A stretch of 64,000 nucleotides of DNA from the NCBI GenBank assembly GCA_035444005.1, contig DAOMNV010000007.1, positions 11,604 through 75,603 on the forward strand, read 5' to 3'. A program made the translations under genes and the position numbers. This DNA comes from Gemmatimonadaceae bacterium. Lineage in GTDB: Bacteria > Gemmatimonadota > Gemmatimonadetes > Gemmatimonadales > Gemmatimonadaceae. This document shows positions 1-11,184 of the stretch, in pieces (position 1 is the first letter of the stretch; each line of letters begins with the position of its first letter). The notes below the pieces were generated by a model that was given only the letters and a program-made list of their open reading frames with translations, had not been told where the DNA came from and made no database searches.

Positions 1-844
1 CGTACTCGCTCGCCGCCAGCGGCACCGCCAGCCGCGAGAGCTGCTCGGCGTCGATGTAACCCATCCGGTACGCGACTTCCTCCGGGCAACCGATCTTCAT
101 TCCCTGCCGCGCTTCGATCGCCTCCACGAAGCGCGCCGCCTCCTGCAACGCCGCGACCGTGCCCGTGTCCAGCCAGGCCATCCCGCGCTGCAGCGGTTCG
201 AGGCGCAGCGCGCCATCGCGCAGGTAGGCCGCGTTCACGTCGGTGATCTCGTACTCGCCGCGCGCCGACTTCCTGAGGCCGCCCGCGATGTCGAGCACCC
301 GGTTGTCGTAGCAGTACAGCCCCGTCACCGCCAGCGAGGACTTCGGACGCGCCGGCTTCTCCTCGATCGACAGCACGCGCCCGTCCGGCCCCACCTCGGC
401 CACGCCGTAGCGCTCCGGGTCGCGCACCCGGTAGCCGAACACCGTCGCGCCGCCGTCCGTGGCCACGCGGTCGACGGCCGCGCGCAACTGGCCTCCGAAG
501 CCCGCGCCGAAGAACAGGTTGTCGCCGAGGATCATCGTGACCGCATCGCGGCCGACGAAGTCGCGGCCGATCGAAAAGGCCTGGGCCAAGCCCTCCGGCT
601 GCGGCTGCGCCGCGTAGCGCAGGTTCACGCCCCAGCCCGCGCCGTCGCCGAGCAGGGCCTCGAAGAGCGGGAGGTCCCGCGGGGTCGAGATGACCAGGAT
701 GTCGCGGATCCCCGCCAGCAGCAGCGTGCTCAGCGGATAGTAGACCAGCGGCTTGTCGTAGAGCGGCAGGAGCTGCTTGGACACGACCTGCGTCATCGGC
801 GCGAGCCGGGTCCCGGAGCCCCCCGCGAGGAGGATGCCTTTCAT
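1..844 (-). CDS. rmlA: glucose-1-phosphate thymidylyltransferase (N-terminal 281 aa; C-terminus lies beyond window start)
   Basis: Reverse-strand translation starts [41 protein letters not shown]... with ATG at 844-842. This is the classical RmlA N-terminus and G-x-G-T-R-L motif. Confidence 0.85.
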   Translation of the reverse strand, partial: MKGILLAGGSGTRLAPMTQVVSKQLLPLYDKPLVYYPLSTLLLAGIRDILVISTPRDLPLFEALLGDGAGWGVNLRYAAQPQPEGLAQAFSIGRDFVGRDAVTMILGDNLFFGAGFGGQLRAAVDRVATDGGATVFGYRVRDPERYGVAEVGPDGRVLSIEEKPARPKSSLAVTGLYCYDNRVLDIAGGLRKSARGEYEITDVNAAYLRDGALRLEPLQRGMAWLDTGTVAALQEAARFVEAIEARQGMKIGCPEEVAYRMGYIDAEQLSRLAVPLAASEY

Positions 845-1003
845 CAGGACGGAAGCATAACGCCGCGACGCCGCCCCCTGCCATTTGCCCCCCGTGCCCC
901 CCTGCCGTTCGGCCCCCGGATGGCATAGCTTTCGAGGCTGTCCAGACGAGGGCCCAGACGCCCCGTATCTTCAATCCCTTCCGCCTCTTACACCTCACCG
1001 CCG

Positions 1004-1957
1004 ATGGACGGACTCGCAGTCCCGGTACACGGCTTCCGGATCCTCACGGGCAACTCGAATCGCCCGTTGGCCGAGAGCATCGCCAAGTCGCTGGACGTGG
1101 ACCTCTGCAAGGCCACGGTCTCGCGCTTCGCGGATGGTGAGGTCTTCGTGCGGCTCGACGAGAACGTCCGCGGCGCGGACGTGTTCATCGTCCAGCCCAC
1201 CAGCACGCCGGCGGAAAGCATTATGGAGCTGCTGCTCCTCGTGGATGCCGCCCGCCGCGCCTCCGCGGCGCGGATCACCTGCGTGATGCCCTACTACGGC
1301 TACGCGCGGCAGGACCGCAAGGACCAGCCGCGCGTCGCCATTGGCGCCAAGCTGATGGCGAATATGATCGCCCGCGCCGGCGCCGACCGCATCCTCGGTC
1401 TCGATTTCCATTTCCACCAGCTGCAGGGCTTCTTCGACATCCCCGTCGACCACCTCTATGCGGCGCCCGTCTTCACGGCGCACTATCGCAAGAAGGGGCT
1501 CGTCGATCCGGTCGTCGTCGCACCCGACGTCGGCAGCGCCAAGATGGCCCGCGGCTTCGCCAAGCGCCTCAACGCCTCGCTGGCCATCATCGACAAGCGT
1601 CGCCCCGTGGCCAACGTGGCCGAGGTCGTGAACGTCGTCGGTGAGGTCGAGGGCAAGGACTGCTTGCTCGCCGACGATATGATCGACACCGCCGGCACCG
1701 TCTCCGAGGCCGCCAAGGCCCTCAAGGACCTCGGCGCCCGCAACATCTACGTCTGCGCCACGCACGCGCTGCTCTCCGGCCCCGCCGTCGAGCGGCTCAG
1801 CAACGCCCCGATCACCGAAGTCGCCATCACCGATTCCATCCTGCTCCCGGAATCGAAGCGCTTCGAGAAGCTCACGATCCTGAGCGTGGGGGAGTTGATG
1901 GCGAAGGCGATTCGGTTCACGCATAGCGATCAGAGTGTGTCTTCGCTCTTCGAGTGA
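1004..1957 (+). CDS. prs: ribose-phosphate pyrophosphokinase (PRPP synthetase)
   Basis: 317-aa ORF with PRPP-synthetase signatures (GEVFVRLDENVRGADVFIVQPTS; DLHFHQLQGFFDIPVDHLY; VVAPDVGSAKMAR). It heads a conserved prs-rplY-pth arrangement. Confidence 0.9.
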   Translation: MDGLAVPVHGFRILTGNSNRPLAESIAKSLDVDLCKATVSRFADGEVFVRLDENVRGADVFIVQPTSTPAESIMELLLLVDAARRASAARITCVMPYYGYARQDRKDQPRVAIGAKLMANMIARAGADRILGLDFHFHQLQGFFDIPVDHLYAAPVFTAHYRKKGLVDPVVVAPDVGSAKMARGFAKRLNASLAIIDKRRPVANVAEVVNVVGEVEGKDCLLADDMIDTAGTVSEAAKALKDLGARNIYVCATHALLSGPAVERLSNAPITEVAITDSILLPESKRFEKLTILSVGELMAKAIRFTHSDQSVSSLFE

Positions 1958-2070
1958 GGACTTGAGACGGGGGACGTGAGACGTGAGAGCGTCTCCCCCT
2001 GTCTCTGCAGGTGCAGGACCCAGAAGTGCGGCACGAGACCTCTCAAGTCCCCCGTCTCAAGTCTCACGTC
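1958..2070. repeat. family-A palindromic intergenic element (two inverted arms, about 50-nt spacer)
   Basis: Left arm GGACTTGAGACGGGGGACGTGAGACGTGAGAG (1958-1989) and right arm CTCTCAAGTCCCCCGTCTCAAGTCTCACGTC (2040-2070) are reverse complements. The same arm sequence recurs at 5500, 6127, 7263 and 8186. Confidence 0.7.
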
Positions 2071-2150
2071 TGCGAATTGAAGATCGCCGCCGGTCCGGAC
2101 AAGCCGGGACACCACGTAGCGATCACAACATTCAGTAGGATCGGTTCACA

Positions 2151-2807
2151 ATGGCTACCGCTTCATTCTCCGCTTCCACCCGCTCCGCCACCGGCAAGGG
2201 CGTCGCCCGCAAGCTGCGCGCCGCCGGCAAGGTCCCCGCGGTCATCTACGGCCACGGGCGCGACCCGCAGGCCCTCGAGCTCGACGCCCACCAGTTCCAG
2301 CTCCTGCTCGAGAAGGTGCCCTACACCAGCACCGTCATCGAGCTCGACATCCAGGGCGGCAAGATGGCGCGCACGCTCATCCGCGAGATCCAGCGCCATC
2401 CGTTCAAGAAGCAGATCGTCCACGTCGACTTCCAGGAACTGGTCGCCGGCGAGAAGGTCCACGTGAAGGTGCCCGTGCACCTCGTCGGCACGCCGGAAGG
2501 CGTGCGCGTCGGCGGCGGCCTGCTCGACCACATCCTCCACGAAGTCGAGATCTCGGTGGATCCGTCGAACATCCCCGCGCGCTATGACGTCGACGTCACT
2601 GCGCTCACGATCGGCCACTCGATCCACGTCAGCGACATCAAGCTCGGCGAGGGTGTCGAGCTGCTCACCGACGCCGACGCGACGATCTGCGTCTGCGCCG
2701 CCCCGAAGGTCGAGGCCGCCCCGGCCGCCGGCGAGGAAGCTGGCGCCGCCGAGCCGGAGCTCATCCGCAAGGCGAAGGCCGACGAGGCCGAGGCCGAGAA
2801 GAAGTAA
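2151..2807 (+). CDS. rplY: 50S ribosomal protein L25 / general stress protein Ctc
   Basis: 218 aa with an L25/Ctc N-terminal domain (GKGVARKLRAAGKVPAVIYGHG) and an acidic Ala/Glu-rich tail, located between prs and pth. Confidence 0.85.
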   Translation: MATASFSASTRSATGKGVARKLRAAGKVPAVIYGHGRDPQALELDAHQFQLLLEKVPYTSTVIELDIQGGKMARTLIREIQRHPFKKQIVHVDFQELVAGEKVHVKVPVHLVGTPEGVRVGGGLLDHILHEVEISVDPSNIPARYDVDVTALTIGHSIHVSDIKLGEGVELLTDADATICVCAAPKVEAAPAAGEEAGAAEPELIRKAKADEAEAEKK

Positions 2808-2837
2808 TCCCATCCTGCCCGTACTCACGGCCCTGCG

Positions 2838-3410
2838 ATGAAGGTCATCCTCGGGCTCGGGAATCCCGGGCAGGAGTACGCCGAGACGCGCCACAACGTC
2901 GGCTGGTGGGTGGTCGACCACCTCGCCGACGCGTGGCGGCTGGACGGATGGCGCAAGGACGGCGAGGCGATGACGGCCTCGGGCACGCTAGGCAGCGTGA
3001 AGGTCCGGCTGGTCAAGCCGCTCACCTTTATGAACCTCTCGGGCCAGGTCCTCAAGCCATACCTGCGGCGGCCCTTCTGGGCCGCCGCGACCGACCTGCT
3101 GGTCGTCTCGGACGAAGTGCAGTTGGCCACCGGCACCTATCGGTTCCGGTCCCGCGGCTCGGCGGGTGGCCACAACGGGCTCAAGAGCATCGAGCAGCAC
3201 CTCAAGAGCCAGGAGTATGCGCGGTTGCGGGTCGGTGTCGGTCCATCCGACCCCCAGCGGCGCATCGGCGATCTCGCCGACTATGTGTTGGACCGGTTCG
3301 GGAAGGCCGAAGCCGCGGATGTCCGTGCGCTGCTGCCGACCTTCGAGGAGGCCCTCCGCCTCTGGACCACCGATGGCATCGAGCGCGTGATGAACGCGTT
3401 CAACCGCTAG
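2838..3410 (+). CDS. pth: peptidyl-tRNA hydrolase
   Basis: [27 protein letters not shown]... is the canonical Pth N-terminus. It lies in the conserved position after rplY. Confidence 0.9.
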   Translation: MKVILGLGNPGQEYAETRHNVGWWVVDHLADAWRLDGWRKDGEAMTASGTLGSVKVRLVKPLTFMNLSGQVLKPYLRRPFWAAATDLLVVSDEVQLATGTYRFRSRGSAGGHNGLKSIEQHLKSQEYARLRVGVGPSDPQRRIGDLADYVLDRFGKAEAADVRALLPTFEEALRLWTTDGIERVMNAFNR

Positions 3411-3438
3411 GCCCCACCCACCTTCACTCCTCTTCCCA

Positions 3439-5499
<2,061 letters not shown>

Positions 5500-5525
5500 G
5501 ACTTGAGACGTGAGAGGTGAGACTT

Positions 5526-5559
5526 GAGAGGGGGCGGCCCGGCTGGGCTGCCCCCTCTC
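5526..5559 (+). terminator. GC-rich hairpin immediately after the hppA stop codon (terminator-like)
   Basis: GAGAGGGGGC...GCCCCCTCTC is a perfect 10-bp stem with a 14-nt loop, followed by a T/C-rich tract. No clean U-run is present, so intrinsic-terminator status is uncertain. Confidence 0.4.
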
Positions 5560-5653
5560 TCGTTCTCTCGCGTTCTCGCTCGGCTTCGCTCGTTCTGCTC
5601 CGTTCCGCTCCGATTCGCTTCGTTTCCCTTCGTCTCGCTTCGTCTCGCTTCAC

Positions 5654-6055
5654 TCACGTGCGTGAGCCGGCCCTACGCTTCGATGTAGAGGGCGCCGCGA
5701 TGCGCTCACGGACGCGGCGGCCGAGCGAGTTGAGCATCGCTTGGACCTCACCGAGACGGGCCTCGAGTGTCGCGAATGTCTTGAGGTCGATTGCGCCGAG
5801 GTCCTTCGCCAGCAGGAGGTGGTACTCAGCTTCGCGTGCCGACGCGAGGGCAATCGTGAGATGGCGGTTGAACTGCGCCTGCGAGCCGAGGCCCGCTCCT
5901 TCAACGATGTTCGCCGGGATTGAAGACACGGACCGGCGCAGTTGCTGGGCGAGGCTCGGAAAGCGCCGCAGCATTTGCCCCTCGGTGATCGGGTAGATCA
6001 TCAGCGTGAGCGCGTGGGCCTTCTCCCACACGGAGAGTCGTCGGAAGGGATGCAT
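5654..6055 (-). CDS. four-helix-bundle protein (23S rRNA intervening-sequence protein / Avd-like family)
   Basis: Translation [55 protein letters not shown]...[13 protein letters not shown] matches the pattern of the TIGR02436/PF05635 family. The start may instead be the upstream ATG at 6085. Confidence 0.7.
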   Translation of the reverse strand: MHPFRRLSVWEKAHALTLMIYPITEGQMLRRFPSLAQQLRRSVSSIPANIVEGAGLGSQAQFNRHLTIALASAREAEYHLLLAKDLGAIDLKTFATLEARLGEVQAMLNSLGRRVRERIAAPSTSKRRAGSRT

Positions 6056-6162
6056 AGCGGGAACACTGTGTTCAGCCCCCGTCACCGCAGCGTCATTTCC
6101 CCGCGCGCGATTACCTTTCTACGCACCTCTCAAGTCTCACGTCTCACGTCTCAAGTCCAAGA

Positions 6163-7263
6163 ATGCTCTCCCTCGGCATCGTAGGCCTCCCCAACGTCGG
6201 CAAGAGCTCGCTCTTCAACGCCCTCACCGCCGCGAAGGCCGAAGCCGCCAACTACCCGTTCTGCACCATCGACCCGAACGTCGGCGTCGTGAACGTCCCC
6301 GACCCGCGCCTCGATGCGCTGGCGGAGATCGTGAAGCCCGAGCGCACCGTTCCCGCGGCGGTGCAGTTCGTCGACATCGCCGGCCTCGTGAAGGGTGCGA
6401 GCACGGGCGAAGGCCGCGGCAACGCCTTCCTCTCGAACATCCGCGAGACGGACGCGATCGTGCACGTCGTGCGCTGCTTCGACGACGATGACGTGATCCA
6501 CGTCGACGGTTCGGTGGATCCGGTGCGCGACCGCGCGACGATCGAGTTCGAGCTGGCCCTCGCCGACCTCGCGGTCGTCGAGAAGCGCCTCGACAAGGCC
6601 AAGCGCGCCGCGAAGACGGGCGACAAGGACGCCGCCGCCGAGGTGGGCTCGCTGGAGAAGGCGCACAAGCCGCTCAGCGAGGGGCAGGCGCTGTGGCACG
6701 TGTCGCTCTCGAGCGAGGACCGCGAGCGCCTGAAGGGCCTGCAGCTGCTCACGCTCAAGCCGATCCTCTACGCGGCGAACGTTACCGACGCGGAGCTCAC
6801 GGGCGCCGAGGGCGCGCACGTGACGGCGCTGCGCGCGGCGATCGCCGCCGACCACGAGCCGGCCGAGGTCGTGACCTTCTCGGCGAAGATCGAGATGGAA
6901 CTCGCCGAGCTGCCGCCCGAGGACAAGAAGGAATTCCTCGCGTCGCTCGGCATCGAGAGCGCGGGCCTGGACCGCCTGATCCGCGGCGGCTACTCGCTCC
7001 TCGGCCTGCAGACGTACTTCACCGCCGGCGAGAAGGAAGTGCGCGCCTGGACGATCAAGCAGGGCGACACCGCGCCGAAGGCGGCGGGCGTGATCCACTC
7101 GGACTTCGAGAAGGGCTTCATCCGCGCCGAGACCGTGAGCTTCGAGGACTTCGTCGCGCACAACGGCTGGAAGGGCGCGCGGGAAAAGGGCGTCGCGCGG
7201 GCGGAAGGGAAGGAGTATGTGATGCAGGATGGGGACGTTGTGCTGTTTCGATTCAATGTTTGA
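6163..7263 (+). CDS. ychF: ribosome-binding ATPase YchF (Obg-family GTPase)
   Basis: MLSLGIVGLPNVGKSSLFNALT... contains the G1 motif. It is full-length (366 aa) with a C-terminal TGS domain. Confidence 0.9.
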   Translation: MLSLGIVGLPNVGKSSLFNALTAAKAEAANYPFCTIDPNVGVVNVPDPRLDALAEIVKPERTVPAAVQFVDIAGLVKGASTGEGRGNAFLSNIRETDAIVHVVRCFDDDDVIHVDGSVDPVRDRATIEFELALADLAVVEKRLDKAKRAAKTGDKDAAAEVGSLEKAHKPLSEGQALWHVSLSSEDRERLKGLQLLTLKPILYAANVTDAELTGAEGAHVTALRAAIAADHEPAEVVTFSAKIEMELAELPPEDKKEFLASLGIESAGLDRLIRGGYSLLGLQTYFTAGEKEVRAWTIKQGDTAPKAAGVIHSDFEKGFIRAETVSFEDFVAHNGWKGAREKGVARAEGKEYVMQDGDVVLFRFNV

Positions 7264-7358
7264 GACTTGAGACGGGAGACTTGGGACGTGAGAACTCTTG
7301 ATTGCACCCGCATCGTCTTCGGCGAATTTCTCCCGTCTCAAGTCTCACGTCTCACGTC
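7263..7358. repeat. family-A palindromic intergenic element
   Basis: Arms GAGACTTGAGACGGGAGACTTGGGACGTGAGAAC and TCTCCCGTCTCAAGTCTCACGTCTCACGTC are separated by about a 35-nt spacer. The element overlaps the ychF stop and the predicted 5' end of the next ORF. Confidence 0.7.
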
Positions 7359-8190
7359 CGCAGCAGCGGCAGCGTTGGCGTTGCTGCTCGCGACGAACCT
7401 CCCCGCCCAATCCTCAACAAGCCCCGGCTCCCTCCCCGCCGCCGAAGCAGCGCTCGCCCGCTCGCCGGAGAGCCTCGAAGCGGTTATTTGGCACGCCCGC
7501 TTCGTCGGCTACACTGACTACGCGCGCGCCGTGCAGCTCTACACCGACGCGCTGCGCCGCTGGCCCGACGAGCCCTGGCTGCTGCGCCACCGCGGGCATC
7601 GCTACATCTCGCTACGGCGCTTCGGCGAGGCCAAGGCCGATCTCCAACGCGCCTTCGACCTGACGCGCGGTAAGCCGGACCTCGTCGAGCAGGATGGGCA
7701 GCCCAACCCCAGCGGCATCCCGACGAGCACGCTGCAGTCGAACATCCGCTATCACCTCGCGCTCGCGCAGTTCCTCACCGGCGACTTCGCGCCGGCGGCG
7801 CAGATTTGGGCCGAGGACGCGCAGGTGGCCAAGAACCTCGACCAGCGCGTCGCCGCGACCTACTGGTGGGTGCTCTCCTTGGCCCGCGGCGGCGACTTGG
7901 CCGCGGCACGGGCCACGCTCGCGCCCATCCAGGCCGACTGGGAGATCATCGAGAACGGCAGCTACCACCGGCTGCTGCTGTGGATGAAGGGCGAGCTCAG
8001 CGAAGCGGCCCTGCGCGCGTCGATGACCACGCCGCTGGAGCGGCAGACCATCGGCAACGGCATCGCCCAGTGGAAGCTGGCCACCGGCGACCGTGCCGGG
8101 GCGGATGCGGCACGGGCGGAGGTGCTTGCGACGGGGCCGAGCGCGAGTTTCGGGTTTATTGCGGCGGAGAGGCTCCGTCCAGAGAGGTGA
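7267..8190 (+). CDS. TPR-repeat protein, probably exported (start uncertain; TTG at 7375 gives MALLLATNLPAQ...)
   Basis: Long ORF with TPR-like helical repeats (YTDALRRWPDEPWLLRHRGHRYISLRRFGEAKADLQRAFDL...). The N-terminal region overlaps the family-A repeat, so the true start is unclear. Confidence 0.5.
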   Translation: MRRETWDVRTLDCTRIVFGEFLPSQVSRLTSAAAAALALLLATNLPAQSSTSPGSLPAAEAALARSPESLEAVIWHARFVGYTDYARAVQLYTDALRRWPDEPWLLRHRGHRYISLRRFGEAKADLQRAFDLTRGKPDLVEQDGQPNPSGIPTSTLQSNIRYHLALAQFLTGDFAPAAQIWAEDAQVAKNLDQRVAATYWWVLSLARGGDLAAARATLAPIQADWEIIENGSYHRLLLWMKGELSEAALRASMTTPLERQTIGNGIAQWKLATGDRAGADAARAEVLATGPSASFGFIAAERLRPER

Positions 8191-8243
8191 GACCTGAGAC
8201 GTGAGACGTGAGAAACCGATCTCCCGTCTCAAGTCTCACGTCT
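8186..8243. repeat. family-A palindromic intergenic element (short hairpin copy)
   Basis: GGTGAGACCTGAGACGTGAGACGTGAGAA...TCTCCCGTCTCAAGTCTCACGTC with a 6-nt loop, located upstream of rpsF. Confidence 0.6.
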
Positions 8244-8358
8244 TCCACTCCCTTGCCCTAACCCCCCAACGCACCTATACTTAGGGGCTGGTCAACATTT
8301 ACCTCGCCCGCCGATGGCAACCCGGCTGGCGCGATTAGCCCAAAGGAGGATTGCCGCA

Positions 8359-8718
8359 TTGTCTCGTGAATACGAGGCGGTGTACATCTTCGATTCTGCA
8401 CTCGAAGACGCCGCCATTGCCGAGAAGATCGAGAAGCATCACGCTCTGCTCGGTCTCGCTGCGCCCGCCACCCTGGATCACTGGGGTCGCCGCCAGCTCG
8501 CCTACAAGATCAAGAACAAGGAAGCCGGCTACTACGTCGTCGCCCGCTTCTCGGCCGGGGGCAAGGCCCTCCCGGAGTTCGAGCGCGCGCTCAAGCTGGA
8601 CGAGGGCGTGATCCGCTACCTCATCTCGGTGCACGAGCACGAGCTCGGCGCGCCGCCGATGACCGAAGAGCAGCTGGCCGCGCGTCGTGCGCGCGATGAC
8701 GACGACGACGAGGAATAG
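8359..8718 (+). CDS. rpsF: 30S ribosomal protein S6
   Basis: TTG start 9 nt after an AAGGAGG ribosome-binding site gives (M)[11 protein letters not shown]...HWGRRQLAY, the S6 signature. The C-terminal tail is acidic. Confidence 0.85.
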   Translation: MSREYEAVYIFDSALEDAAIAEKIEKHHALLGLAAPATLDHWGRRQLAYKIKNKEAGYYVVARFSAGGKALPEFERALKLDEGVIRYLISVHEHELGAPPMTEEQLAARRARDDDDDEE

Positions 8719-8722
8719 ACTG

Positions 8723-8947
8723 ATGCGCCGCAACAAGAAGGTCTGCCCGGTCACCGAGGCCGGCATCCGCTTCATCGACTACAAGGACGAGCGTTTCCTC
8801 TCCCGCTTCATCACGGACACGGGCAAGGTGCTGCCGTCCCGGCTGAGCGGCGTGGACGCCCGTCACCAGCGTCAGCTGGCGAAGGCGATCAAGAAGGCGC
8901 GCTACCTGGCGCTCCTTCCCTACGTCCGCACGTCGTCGGCGCAGTAA
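8723..8947 (+). CDS. rpsR: 30S ribosomal protein S18
   Basis: [44 protein letters not shown]... is the canonical S18 sequence. Confidence 0.85.
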   Translation: MRRNKKVCPVTEAGIRFIDYKDERFLSRFITDTGKVLPSRLSGVDARHQRQLAKAIKKARYLALLPYVRTSSAQ

Positions 8948-8962
8948 GCCGTCGGCACGGAC

Positions 8963-9991
8963 GTGACCGAGGAGGGGCTCGCGGCCACGCCGCGTGAGCA
9001 GGGTTGGTGGGGACCGCTCCTCGCCTTCCTCGCGCTCCTGATCTTCCCGGCAGCACCGCCATTCGCGTTGCTGCTCCCGGTGGACCAGACGCTCCTCCTG
9101 CTCGCCCCGGCGATGGCCTTGATGGCGATCGCGGGGTGGCGCAGCGGGGGGCGCATTGCCCTCGCGGCCACGTGGACGGCGTTCGCGGTCTACGTGGTGT
9201 GGGTGTCGGGTGATCCCACCCCGTTCGCGCTCCTGGCGCGGGGCTGGGGGGTGATCCTGGCGGCGTGCTTCGCCGGCACGCTGCTCCTCGGGGGCGAAGT
9301 CCGCTTCCTCCCGAGAGCGCTGCTGGCGATCCTCGCGGCGCTGTTGCTGGGCACGCTGACGGTCCTCGTGACCGACGGCGGCGTGGCGGCGGCGGCCGGG
9401 GTGGTGTCGGAGGAATTCACGCGACGCGTCACGGAGATCCAACGCGCGTGGCAGGAGTTCACGGCCCAGCCGCAGTGGCAGGAGCTGGCGCAGGACAACG
9501 CCGGCGCGCACGAGCTCGCGGCCCAGGTGGAACGGCAGTTCACTGCCCTGCCCACCGCGGCCAAGGTGCTCGTGCCGGCGATGTTGGCGCTGCAATCGCT
9601 GGCGGTGCTCGCCCTCGCCTGGGCGTTCTACCATCGGTTCGGACGGGTGCGGCTGGGACCGCCGCTCGCCGCCCTGCGGGACCTGCGGTTCCACGACGGC
9701 CTCGTCTGGGGGCTGATCGCCGGACTGCTGGTGTTGGTGGTCCCGATGCCGGACGCCGTCGCGGCGCTCGGGATCAACTGCCTCGTGTTCTTCGGCGCCC
9801 TCTACGTGCTTCGCGGGCTGGGCGTCTTCGTGTGGTTCTTGAAGCCGGGTCGCTGGATGGTCATCCTCTGGTCCATCGTCCTGGTGATGTTCTGGTCCGT
9901 AATCGCAGCGGTTGCCCTCGTCGTCGGCGTGGGTGACACCTGGCTCGACTGGCGCAACCGGCCGCGGCCGCAATCCCAACGTTCGGAGTAG
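8963..9991 (+). CDS. polytopic membrane protein, DUF2232 (YybS)-like
   Basis: 342 aa and very hydrophobic. It sits between rpsR and rplI, where yybS/DUF2232 is found in other bacteria. GTG start. Confidence 0.55.
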   Translation: MTEEGLAATPREQGWWGPLLAFLALLIFPAAPPFALLLPVDQTLLLLAPAMALMAIAGWRSGGRIALAATWTAFAVYVVWVSGDPTPFALLARGWGVILAACFAGTLLLGGEVRFLPRALLAILAALLLGTLTVLVTDGGVAAAAGVVSEEFTRRVTEIQRAWQEFTAQPQWQELAQDNAGAHELAAQVERQFTALPTAAKVLVPAMLALQSLAVLALAWAFYHRFGRVRLGPPLAALRDLRFHDGLVWGLIAGLLVLVVPMPDAVAALGINCLVFFGALYVLRGLGVFVWFLKPGRWMVILWSIVLVMFWSVIAAVALVVGVGDTWLDWRNRPRPQSQRSE

Positions 9992-9993
9992 AT

Positions 9994-10440
9994 ATGGAAG
10001 TCATTCTTCGCCAGGCCGTGGACAACCTCGGCCACCCGGGGGACATCGTCGACGTCTCGGCCGGATACGCCCGCAACTTCCTGCTGCCCCGCGGCATCGC
10101 CTACGAGGCGACCGAAGGCAACAAGAAGCGCATCGCCCAGGAGAAGGAGCGCCTGGAGGCCGCCGAGAACGCCCGCCGCGACGCCGCCTCGGCGATCGCC
10201 AAGCGCCTCGAAGAGGTCTCGCTCACCTTCTCCGCCAAGGTCGGCGAAGAGGGCAAGCTCTTCGGCTCCGTCACCACCGGTGATATCCATCACCAGCTGG
10301 AGGCCCAGGGCTTCAAGGAAGTCGAGAAGCGGATGATCGACCTGCACGAGCCCATCAAGGCGCTCGGCGTCTACAAGGTCGCCATCCGTCTCCACGCCGA
10401 CGTGAAGCCGGAGATCAAGGTCTGGGTCATCAAGGCCTAA
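9994..10440 (+). CDS. rplI: 50S ribosomal protein L9
   Basis: MEVILRQAVDNLGHPGDIVDVSAGYARNFLLPRGIAYEAT... is the canonical L9 sequence. Confidence 0.9.
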   Translation: MEVILRQAVDNLGHPGDIVDVSAGYARNFLLPRGIAYEATEGNKKRIAQEKERLEAAENARRDAASAIAKRLEEVSLTFSAKVGEEGKLFGSVTTGDIHHQLEAQGFKEVEKRMIDLHEPIKALGVYKVAIRLHADVKPEIKVWVIKA

Positions 10441-10465
10441 GCGCCTCGATCCACCGAGGTCACAC

Positions 10466-10504
10466 GAGGGGGCGGGCCGCATCGCGGTTCGCCCCCTTTG
10501 TGTT
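10466..10504 (+). terminator. intrinsic terminator after rplI
   Basis: GAGGGGGCG...CGCCCCC stem followed by TTTGTGTT. Confidence 0.5.
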
Positions 10505-10561
10505 GCGCGCGACGCGTCGGTCCGGTGGCCACGCGTGCGGTCCTGCGGACCGCTGGGGTAT

Positions 10562-10730
10562 TGCACCACGGAGACACGGAGGCACGGAGACCGCAGGAGG
10601 GAGCTTCCGGGGGACCAGCCGGAAGGTGTCGGCACGGGTTCCCCACGTAGCCGTGTCGGCACGAGAACCAAACACACGCAGTGCCCGTAGTGGCAGCCTC
10701 CGTGTCTCCGTGTCTCCGTGGTGAATGCAG
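10562..10730. repeat. family-B palindromic element (CACCACGGAGACACGGAG arms, about 105-nt structured core)
   Basis: Left arm CACCACGGAGACACGGAGGCACGGAGACC (10564-) and right arm CCTCCGTGTCTCCGTGTCTCCGTGGTGAATGCAG (10696-10729). The same terminal arms occur at 21755 and 62960. Confidence 0.7.
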
Positions 10731-10816
10731 TTGCCGTTCTTGGACCCCGTCCCGCGCCAAGGAACCTTTCCCCCGCCGACGGGTTCGCAACTCTACGAGT
10801 GGTACTAGTTTCCAGA

Positions 10817-11176
10817 ATGCCCAAGCCCGCCCCTGAATCGATGTCCGCCGCCCGTCGCGCCGCCCAGGTCCTCCTGGACAACAAGGCCAATGACGTCGTG
10901 ATGCTCGACCTCCGCCCTGTCTCCGATATGGCGGACTTCTTCATCGTCGCCAGCGGCACGTCCGACACCCACGTCCGCGCCTCCGCCGGCCACGTCGTCG
11001 AGACGCTCAAGAAGGAAGGCATCCGCGTCCACTCCGTCGAAGGCCTCGAGCAGGGCCGCTGGGTCCTCCTCGATTACGTCGACTTCGTCGTGCACGTGTT
11101 CCATCCCACGCTCCGCAGCTTCTACCAGCTCGAACGGCTCTGGGGAGACGCCCCGGCCGTCGCCGTGACTGCCTGA
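10817..11176 (+). CDS. rsfS: ribosomal silencing factor RsfS (Iojap)
   Basis: MPKPAPESMSAARRAAQVLLDNKANDVVMLDLRPVSDMADFFIVASGTSDTHVRA... matches the RsfS family. Confidence 0.8.
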   Translation: MPKPAPESMSAARRAAQVLLDNKANDVVMLDLRPVSDMADFFIVASGTSDTHVRASAGHVVETLKKEGIRVHSVEGLEQGRWVLLDYVDFVVHVFHPTLRSFYQLERLWGDAPAVAVTA

Positions 11177-11184
11177 GGATCCCG

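Larger units (their letters stand above)
5500..6157. mobile_element. candidate TIR-bounded unit: family-A arms at 5500-5530 (forward) and 6127-6157 (reverse complement) flanking a four-helix-bundle gene
   Basis: The arm GACTTGAGACGTGAGAGGTGAGACTTGAGAG at 5500 is the reverse complement of CTCTCAAGTCTCACGTCTCACGTCTCAAGTC at 6127. The two arms bracket ORF 5654-6055. Elsewhere the same arms occur as short hairpins without cargo. Confidence 0.4.

Noticed and set aside
10500-10724. Small ORFs inside family-B repeat elements (e.g. 10500-10724)
   Set aside because: They are read straight through perfect palindromes and have Arg/Gly-rich composition. These are repeat DNA, not genes.
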